Below are positions 43,498 to 53,486 of a DNA stretch of 64,000 nt, piece by piece. The translations under genes were made by a program, and so were the position numbers. This DNA comes from Blasia pusilla (Eukaryota). The notes beneath the pieces are model-generated. The model did not search any database, had not been told where the DNA came from, and saw only the letters and a program-made list of their open reading frames with translations. The DNA is taken from positions 2,728,001 to 2,792,000 of the forward strand of contig CM114271.1 in the NCBI GenBank assembly GCA_050084515.1. Reading direction: 5' to 3'. Positions within the stretch are counted from its first letter, which is position 1; every line of letters starts with the position of its first letter.

Positions 43498-44665
43498 GTC
43501 CTCTCCCGCCTGAACTTCCTAAATTTTAAGAGGATTTTGCGTCCACGATCCACGCAAGATCTCCACAATCGCTCTCTCCCGTATCCCAATCCTCACTCTC
43601 CTCCGTAATCCGCACCTCCTGCGCTACCACACCACCGGTTCAATTCAGCGCCGGCCCCGCACAACCATCCCGCACGCTCAAGCAGCAAACCTGTCTCCTT
43701 GAGCATCTCCTCCCCGACATAGACAGCTACAAAGACAGGGATTCCAAATCATCATCTCCCTCCCTCCCTCCCTCCCACCAACCCCAACCCCAACCACATC
43801 CACAACCAAAACCAAAACACCAAACAACCGCAGAAACGTCCACATTCACAGGAGCCAAACGCACAGAAAGATGGCACACGTTTAAACAAACATCGTCTTC
43901 GGCGGACGTGCGTCGCGCATACTTCGGCTATCACTGCGCGGCGGCCACCATCGCCATCTTCGGGGTCCTCACGAGTTCGAGATTGCTTCCGGCCTCCGCT
44001 GCTGCGCTTCTCCATCCCCTTTTATAAAAAGCGGAACACAGAGAGAGAGGGAGAGGGAGAGAGAGAGGGAGAGTGAGAGAGAGCATTCAGTGAGTGCAGA
44101 AGACGACGAGAAATGAATGAACGAATGGCACCAGACGCGCGGAAGCGCTTGTAATCGCTCAAGAGCCGCCCTCTGCCCCTCACGTTCGCTGCATCGCGTC
44201 GCCGTCTCGTCATGTGAAGCGCCGGAGCTAATTTCATTTCATTCCGCGTGAGTTTCATTTCGTCTCATTTCATTTCATCCGACTGAATGGGAGGATCTAT
44301 ATTCTATATTACTATCCGGTTTCATTTTTTTATTATCTCTTAAATTCAACTCCCTCGGGTCAATTAATTAGATATATATTAAAAAGGTATGTTATTATAA
44401 GAGTGTGGAAGGGGTTTAGGAACACTCCATAAGTATGTTTTTGCATTCCTTTAGTATTTACATATGTATTATTTAATAGACAAACAAGATTTAACATCCT
44501 TCCTTTTCGATGATTTTTTCACCTTAGCATAGGAAGGATGCTATTATTATTATTATTATTTGCAATAGGGTCTTCTATATATTATTAGATTTTTTCACCT
44601 TTGCATAACGCAGGAAGGATGTTAGTATTATTATTACTTGCGATAGGATCTTCTATATATCATTA

Positions 44666-44852
44666 CTAGCATCGTACTATGTACAAGTGAAAAAATAACT
44701 TTGGGGAAACAAGTCCGTTAAATTTATTATTCGTTAGCTTTTCTCTTCTTCTATTAAAAAATACACGTGTCAATATAGGTAGAGTGCAAAAAGTATACGT
44801 GTCGACGCAGAGGAAGGGTTCCTCAAACCCCATCCTCTTTTAATAATATAAA
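44666..44852 (-). mobile_element. Diverged mini-Helitron, same family as 20248-20441
   Basis: The minus strand reads (T)TTATATTATTAAAAGAGGATGGGGTTTGAGGAAACCCTTCCTC...GACACGTGT and ends CTAG|T. Confidence 0.6.
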
Positions 44853-45755
44853 TTATCAACCATGACTAGTTGTTATTATGGAAGCTCATATCTTCCAAAA
44901 GAAGAAAAGATGATTTAATAAGCTTTATGTAATATTAATGGAAGTTCATATTTGTTAAAGTGAATAATTTTAAAAGAAGAAAAGGTTACGTATGGGGATA
45001 AAAGAAGAAGAGGTTATGTAATGGGGATCTACATAACCATGGCCTATTGCATTATATGAGCAAGAAATATGTCAAAGTTGATAGAACTTTAGAGCTTTTG
45101 CAAGAGACCCATAACTAGTGGTCCCCATTTTGAGATTACATTGTAGTTAACGAGTCTCCAAGACTTTATGCATACCTAAGCCAATGAGGTTTAGTGGTAG
45201 AGGCGAGTGCTAGAGGCTCCCATTTTGCTTCCATGTCGTAGCAAGCGAATCTCCATCACTATGGATTTGTCTAAGGCAATGGGTTTTTGTGGGAGATGCC
45301 ATTATTGGAGGCCCCTATTTTGAAATTAGATTGTTTTCGATCTCGCGGGGGGGGGGGTCACTATATAAAAGGCTCTACATCACCTGCGACGTTTTACGAT
45401 CTAGACCCCCTAACTTATAAGTGAAAAATTTTTTTCTCACCCTTATGTACTTTAAAGGAACAATTTTTTATTTTTGGTACCCCTAAAATTCTTTAAGTAA
45501 AGCAATCATTTGAAATAAATAAGGCCTTGAAAGATAAGAAAAGTACAAAGTTAAGTTAACTTCCAACACATTGTCCTTATACTATGACAGAGGGGAATTG
45601 AACCCCTAATTGAGCAAGAAGCTCAATTATCAAATATGTCATCCCCCTAGCCTACTCCCTCCCACTATCCTACTCATAATTCAAGAGTGTCAAGTACACT
45701 CTAAGCACATTCCACAAAAATATTTAATCTCAAACATAAAAAAAACTCACCAAGA

Positions 45756-48700
45756 TCAACTCACACTCTGAATGTATGTAGTCAAAGCATGTAAGTCAAC
45801 TGAATCAAGTATATATATTCTATCTTGTACCCCTGATTTCATTGTCAAGTTTACATTAGAAATCACCATTTCAATATCAATCCATTGCACATCTGTTGCA
45901 TCATAAGTGAACAAGGTTTTGTTGTTACCATGGCCGGAAGACTTGTACCAATTACACATAATACGACAAATGCTTCCCTTTTGTCTAGGAAGAGGTACAC
46001 GCTTGTCCAACAAGTCCAAGGCCCTACGACGTCTTGACCAATGTGAACTATTCTTTTGAATCATAAACACAATACGCCCCAACAAATACTCCTTTTTTGC
46101 AACTCCTGCCTCCATTGCAAGTTGTGTCTCTTTTCCCTTTTTTTTTTTTTTTTTTACTTTGTTGATCTTGTGGAAGGGCCAACGTCTGCCGTAAATTCAA
46201 ACAAAACTGCGATATCACTAACAACATCAACCAAACAAGTTGGACAATTAGGATCACGTTCCTTTCCCTTGCTAGTAGTGTAATATATCTTTTGGTCTAT
46301 TTGAGTAAGCTTGTCCTTTGACATGAAAGTAGTGTAAGACAACTGACTTACAAGGGTAGATTTATAGATAATCTTGCTCTCATAAGTTACAGTTGGCACT
46401 ACTGCATGGAGAATCGCCACATGAGTCAGTTCTGCTTGAACAGATGCAAACACATGCCTTACTTCATGTCCTAATATCTCCATCTCAATGGATTTCGGGT
46501 CAATGTCGACATCTATCTCTTCACCATCTATTATGAAAGGCACACTGATATCACAACTTTCCTCTATAACTCAAGAATCAATCTGATTCAAATCTTCCTC
46601 ACGGTCCTCAAACTCCAAAAACTCCCGAGTTGGCTGCTCATATGTTGGAGACCCTATTGAGGATTGGTGATCTTGATGTTCTTCGACATCATCACATGAC
46701 ACTACTTCCCTTATTGAATCTGAATCAGGCCATGTCTCGACCTCCACATCCCAAGGATGCACCCACCACCTTCTTTTTGCAATTGGCAAGGAACTCCTTG
46801 GAGATATGTTCAACAACTGGAAAAGATCTTTTGCTGCGTTCAACCCTTCTTTAAGAGTATCAACAACCAACTCATTAGTCCCAACCAATGAATAATCAAA
46901 TAGATTTGGAACTTGGTCTCCCTCACCAAGAGGATGCAATTTTTCCCAAACATGATCTGGAAGAATGGACATAGAGTACTCCCACCCTTCCCACCCTACT
47001 TTGTACCTTGGAAAAGAACCATTCATACCAGTATAATCTTCCATCATTAATTTCCTACGACGAGCATCACCATCACTAGCATGTCCCAATAGAGGACCAA
47101 TATCTGCTCTGCAATATTCATCCCACATGGATTTCAGCTGCACCCAATGCTCCCTCACTCAGTCTGCTTTGAATTGATTACAAGTTGCGGTGGCACAAAG
47201 AGCTAATTTTGGCATTTTCTCATGCAAAGGATTCACAATTACTACTCTGGCATATATACCTTTGGCATATTTCTCAAAAGTACTCACAATTTTATCATAC
47301 CCTTCATTACCTTCCCCATCAAGTACTTCCAAGCCAAAAGAGCATGTGTGTTCATTTGAGGGACCACAAAAACCGATCAGCGTATCATATTTAGCCTCCC
47401 ATCACAACATGCAACAATATCAAGTTAGAACACACGCCCAATAAACAATAATAGACATGAAAGATAAATATTCAAAGTAATATGACAAACATGATATTGC
47501 CTCTATATATATATATATATATATGAATGAAGGCCAACTATCTCGAGAGATTCAAACGCACCTTGGCCTTTCTTTTATCCTTGTTTCATCCCCAACAAAC
47601 ATAATAGGTAAGTCTCCCTCGATTCCAAGTAGTTTTTTTGATGCAAGTAGTACTCGAGAGACCTCTTGGAATATCTCTTTTCGCAACCTAGCTCTAAAGG
47701 GTGATAGTTTTACTCTATCACGTTTCAAGATCTTTAGACCTGGCCCTCCCAGAAAGCAGTGGGCAACTTGTCGACCACCAAACTGGGACATGGCTTGAGA
47801 AAAGGTTTTGGTTCTCTTACTATAACGATAACCCTTTCCCAATCTATGCAAATTCTTAGCCACATCTTTCAGGAAATCCCACAACCCCTCCTTACCACCA
47901 AATGCCCCATCCCTATGCCCGTTTACTATGTTCCTAAGAAATAGTCTTAAATCTTTCCTATCTGCAGCTATTCCTAACATGTCTTCAGGCTTCTTTCTCC
48001 TAATACTCAAGGCAAAATTTTCTGTGACTGTTGTGCCAAAATCCAACGTTATCTCCTAAATTGAGTGTTCAACTTTCCCATGTGCTCCCTCAACTCTGTC
48101 TTGGTGAAGTACTTCATGGCCATCCCTCTCTGAGTTGTCTTGCCTCCTCTATGCACTAAAGCTTCTGCTTCCCTGTGCACCCGACCACGAAAATCATCCT
48201 CTCGCTTGATGGAGTCACAATGACTACAAGTGAGGTTCTCAAATCCTCCCCTGTTACTGGACAATCTACAGCAAAGCTTGTGCCTAAAACAACCTTGTAT
48301 ACATACAATTGACTTACTAATTGGTTTGAACAGTGTGCTGAAGTGGTAAGCTCTAAGTCCCAAATAGTTCCTCTTGTCTGATCATCTAGTATGGCCTTCA
48401 CATCCATCAACTCTCGTCTCCATTGGACGTTTGATCCCATGAGCCCCAACAAAGCAAACTTAGTCCAAGATCAATGGAGGAAGCAAACCCACCTTTTCTT
48501 GAACTGCTTCCTTCTTTGAAGCCGTTAGGGTTAAAGAATTTGGTAATAGAATTATGAGATGGAAATAAATCCCTAGGATCTGGCTTATTTGGTCTTCCCT
48601 TCTTCCCATACCTCAACCCAAGTTGGGCAGTGACCTCTCTAGAGTCAAGAGCATCCAAGTGATCACGACTAACCAAGTGTTGTCGTAGATTATGCTCCAA

Positions 48701-49590
48701 ATTGGCCTTTCTTGGGCACATGTCTGTGTGCAACTTGCCACACATTATACATTGTACCTTGAATAGGTATGACCTCTATGCAAACTGCGTATCAGTGATA
48801 GATGGTGTCACAGAGAACACTATTGCCTCACCCCCAACCTCTGCATTCATTTTCTCAACTATTCCTAAACATGTGGCAATCTGATGTTCATGATCCCATA
48901 GAGATTTTTGTATAATGTCGTTGGGAGAAATCAATGAACTAGACAGACCCCTATCTCTTACAAAAGTTCTCCTCGTGCTTTGGGTTGTTGAGATGTTTAG
49001 TCTTGGAATTGCTAAAACAATTTGCAATTGATTTCAAAACCTGGGAATTAGCTGCATTCCCATATGTTTCTTGACATTATAAGCACTCTAGGTGCCCTCA
49101 GACATCTTGCCCCTCATCCCAAGTCCCTACTCTCCACTTATGCTCATTGTATCCTTGTCGCTTTACCCAATCTTTCAGCTTTCTCCACTCCTCATTCCAA
49201 CTCTTTGCTGCTACCTCAGACATAAGGCATGACTCAAATGAACCCGTGACCGGCGATGTATTAACTACTTGCTCTTGGGTTGTGGCTTCTCTATGTGATT
49301 GAGACCCAAAAATTGTGTCCTCTATAATAGATATAGTGGCAGCAGATGAATGAGAGGACACAATTGAACCCCCCCTCCCTAAGTACATCAAGAGGCTTGT
49401 TGTACAATCACAAAAACCCTCCCTTCAAGTTCACTAATCTCAATGAGGTTCTCAACAGGACGTCTAACTCTACCAGGAAGCCTATCATCCCAAAAATAAA
49501 ATTTGAAGTGAACCGCCCTAGCACATCTAATGCGGAAGTTGGCACAATTTGAGTCTGTCCTTCTTTGAAGGACAACACTCAAATTGGCAA
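45756..49590 (-). mobile_element. Decayed DNA-transposon transposase pseudogene (two C2H2 fingers, Cys-rich region, P-element-like DDE core, internally deleted)
   Basis: Stop/frameshift-broken minus-strand frames give ECL*CQET...KHLNNPKH; QCIMCGK...NLRQHLVSRDH; CRL...LTCSHCDSI; MFVGDETRIKERPR | intron ~47403-47561 | WEAKYDTLIGFCG...YARVVIVNPLHEKMPKL...TCNQF...GPLLGHASDGDARRRKLM. Termini were not found. Confidence 0.65.
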
Positions 49591-50296
49591 ATCATCCTTC
49601 CCTTTTGCCATGATAATTTTCTTCATTGTCTCTCTTTAATTAACTCCCTAAACGGAGAATTGATGGATCGATCGGGAGTTTTCTCAGCTGTAGCGCGAAT
49701 GAGATGGTTATGGCCGAAGTACCGAGTGCGTTTAGGGTGCGCGTACCGAGTGCGCTGTGTTTCGATAATGTTGGGTCACTTTGGTGAGGCAAACGCGCAG
49801 CTTTGCGAAGAAAACGTCATTCGAGAATTGGGATCCGTATCACTCGGAGGAGACAGGAAAATGAGTGATCCCATGCGCTTGGGCTGATTCTCAGGAGATG
49901 GCTGCGGAATGTTTTAGCGCACATAAGCACTCCTTGCGCTGAGTTTCGATTTCTTTGGTCACGATAGGGCGTGAGGAAAGTGCTGAAGGGTTTCCAACAA
50001 AACGCCATTGGAGAGATGTGATCCGCATCACTCGGAGTGATCGCACATCCCACGCGCTAGGGCTGATTCTTAGGAGATGGCGGAAGAATGTCGAAGCTCA
50101 CATGACTCGGGGCATGACATGAGGGCTCCTTGCGCTTTTTATTTTATTTTACTGACTGTACGGCAGGCGCGTAAGGGTTTTCAAGATGAGGGCATTCAAG
50201 AGATCGGAGTGCACGACATGAAATGTGTGATTCCACGCGCTCGGGTCAGTTCTCACGAGATGGTTGAAGAATGTTGAGGCTGTTTGTGAGAATGTC

Positions 50297-52311
50297 ATGA
50301 GTTCAGACATGGGTAGAAATGCGGAATCCCCGTGCGGACGGTCCACTGCAATGGAGGCGCTCCCACCTCTCACTGCTGTGGGGCGAGAAGCCTTCTTTTC
50401 TGTCTCGAGAAAGACCGAATCCGCCTCTCGAAGATCTGCCCCTCTGGAGGTGGCAACTCTTGCGGCTGTAGGGCGAGAAGCGCAACTCTCAGTCCCAAGG
50501 AAGATTGGATCCCCCTGTCGAAGATGGATTCCAGGGGAGGCGCCCAATATCCGTACAGTGGGGCGAGAAGGTCAATTCCCAACCCCGACAAAGGCTGAAG
50601 AATCTCCCGTTGGGAAATCTTACCTCGTGGAGACTCCTGCTCTTACTGCAATGGGGCGAGAAATGCAACTCCCAACAGCACCAACATGGTCCTCGCCCCC
50701 ACGCAGAGGCCAAGCAATCAGCTGTAGAGATCAAGGATCCCGAGAGAGGAGACAAAGAGTCGGCGGCGTCAGAATCACGGAAACAAGTAGCCATAGTCAA
50801 ACATCCGAGGAAATCCCAGTGACAGGGTTTCTGATCGAAGGAACTCCGACTTCAGAATTCCAACAATGCAATCCATGGATCTTACACTTTTCCAGGGATC
50901 TAGTGAAGTCTTCTTCATCGTTCGATGAGCAGTTCCGGGACCAGTTGCGAACGACGAGGCCATCGTACAAGCTCGGAAAACTCATGGGCCCTTTGGTGGA
51001 TCTGGGAACCTACACGAAGCTCTCCAACTGCAGTGTTCACGACATCCTGAAGTTGATTCATCAGAAGCTACAAACTGTGAAGGTGCACCGGAAGTCCTGT
51101 GAGGATCTCTTTGGTCAACTCAGACACATAGGTGAGACTTGCAAACTCCTGCACTTAATGCGAACTACTCCAATTTCTCCAGACCAATCGCCTCTTTTTG
51201 CAGCATCTCCGACATGAAGTACCGAGACTTTTTCACTTCACATCTCAAACACAAATATCCCCATTCCTCAGTTCTCTCTCTTTTGAACATGAATTTTTTT
51301 TCTATATCTGTGCTACATCCATCACAAGTTTTGGGCTTGTGATGGATGTAAAGGGCATATGTCGAACTCAAACATGAGGAAAGATTTCGAGTAACCATTT
51401 CCTTTGTCTGAATGGAGACGATGTGATCAATGCAACCGATTGAGAGTGTCAAATTCTGGTGATAGTAATACACCCGTGCTCATTTCATGCTTCTATGGTG
51501 GTGTAGTTGGTAGTTCCATAGATTTTCTTGCTGCAGCTTGACCTTGAACTCACTTTCTCGGATTTCGAGTCATTTGAACTCAACAGGTGATGTGCTTTCA
51601 CCATTGTTCAAGGCCTCAGAAACTGGCAACACTTCTCAAGGTGTGCGGAGACTGGTGGTAGTGGTCAAGGAGACCTTGGCTGATGCATACGTACTAGTAA
51701 AGAGCTGTGAGAGCAGGAAACCATTGTGTTCCAGCCTCCTCAACATTCCTGCCAAAATCATGGCATTGGAAGGGGAGATTCAGAGAATGATTCCAGTAAT
51801 TCGTGCTGCCATTTCCCAACATAACTCTCAGCAGGACATGCTAGGTAACCATAGCTGCAACATGGACAGATTTGCATCTGAAAATGGGACTGATGACGTT
51901 TCAAGTTCTCAAACTGAAAGGAGCTCCGCAGCTCCTTCACTACAATCAATTGGAATGAAGGGTACTCGATTGAAATCCGCAGTTTCGGACAATCCCAACC
52001 ACTTCTCTCAGGACTCTGGGTCAACTCTGGGCATGCCTTCCAGGCAGATCCCATGGCACCTGGACATTCATACACTAACAATGCTCAAGAAACAATATCA
52101 GCATTACATCTGCAGGGCTTGTCAAAAGGTTGGCGAAGGGTGTGTCTTCAGTTGTGACCAGTGCAACTATGACGTGCACCCTGGCTGTGTCGAGCTGAAT
52201 GAGGCAATACAGCGGATGGAGGAGATCAGAATCACCAAGCTTTCGATGGGGGATGAATCAGTGGAATTCGAGAAAGATCTGACTAAACTTTCTTGTGACT
52301 TAATGAAGTGA
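50297..52311 (+). CDS. Protein with N-terminal ~30-aa repeats, MCAfunc/MLKL-like four-helix bundle and C-terminal DC1 (C1-like) zinc finger, 519 aa
   Basis: Exons 50297-51131 and 51587-52311 (G|GTGAG...CAACAG|GT, phase 1) are open throughout. The splice restores LIHQKLQTVKVHRKSCEDLFGQLRHIG|DVLSPL...ETLADAYVLVKSC...EGEIQRMI. The C-terminus is HTLTM...YICRACQKVGEGCVFSCDQCNYDVHPGC. The start codon is uncertain (50297, 50309 or 50984). Confidence 0.8.
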
Positions 52312-53486
52312 CGAATTCCCTCTTCTCTCTGGTGGCCAGTGTGGTGAAGAAATCTACAAAAGATTCATATCCGTGGGATATAAATCTTTGCATCCCAAGA
52401 TGTATATCCCGTGGATGTCTTACCCAAAGTTTCCAACCCAGAGAGTAGAGAGATACAACACCTCAGGAACACATTTCCAATACCCAACTCACGTTATACT
52501 GAAATGTCACATAGAATGAGTAGTACGACAAAATCCAGAGAAAATGATACAAAAGAGGATCCAAACCATGGATAAAATAGGTAGATTTCAAAAAATGCAT
52601 ATATACAAAGGAGAATCCAGAAAGCCAACCAGATCCAAGCTCTTAACCATCGTAAGGGGGACAAAAAAAAAAACTCCCCTTCAAAAGAGAAGGCATAAGT
52701 TCTATCCACTGCCCACTTCGCTTTAAGACAATTCTTTCCAAGTACTGTGTTAATGAAACCTACCAGGATACGGTCCTGACTCAATTCTCAACACTGCTGA
52801 AACTTCACATATCTAGGCAGGCAGCTTCACAACAACTCGGTGTCAATTGTCGAGTGTCTGTCCAAAGCCGTTCATCTTCTGGAGTATCGGTGATGTAAAT
52901 TTCGAACATTCCTTTGAGTTCACCTTCAATCTCGTCCTAGTTTATCTTAACGAAGCCCTATCCACAAACGTTACAATGCTCCCACGACTACTTGTTTTGT
53001 ACGTGCCCCTAGATATCCACGTTACAGCAGATCATGACTGGGACTTCATGGGAATGCCATCCCAATTCACCTCACTCTTTCGTTCACATTCAATGCAAGA
53101 TTTGGACCGCTTATGCCTCCTGAGCAGACACTGTTCATACTAGAAATCGGAGCAAGTAACATGGTAACTATTGGTAAACGCGTCTCATAGCCAAACTTCA
53201 CGTCGAAGGAACGCTGCCGCTCACATGTAAAAAACCAATCAATGCCAAGCACAGAATCTCTCTCAAGTTTAAGAAAGGTTGCTCAAAAGAGCAGTGTTGC
53301 CCTCGCCAACCATTGTGTATATACATCCAAGAAAGGGAATGATTAAGCAGACCCAGAGGACATGGAATTCTGTATCCCCAGATGGAAGTCTTTTAACTTA
53401 GCTCTTAGGTTTGGAATGCGGTCGTATATGTACTGTACATGTTTTTCGTGTCGACTGTTGTGCATGTGATAATTTTATCTGATGTT

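Noticed and set aside
45345-45470. Candidate left terminus of the P-like element (G-run/CACTATA or TTAA|AGG)
   Set aside because: No matching inverted copy or TSD found on the right side.
51203-51217. Possible micro-exon (GCAG|CATCTCCGACATGAA|GT) or acceptor at 51537 in the 4HB-DC1 gene
   Set aside because: The micro-exon puts a stop in frame after the phase-1 donor and the 51537 acceptor shifts frame. The 51587 acceptor gives an ungapped MCA-like alignment.
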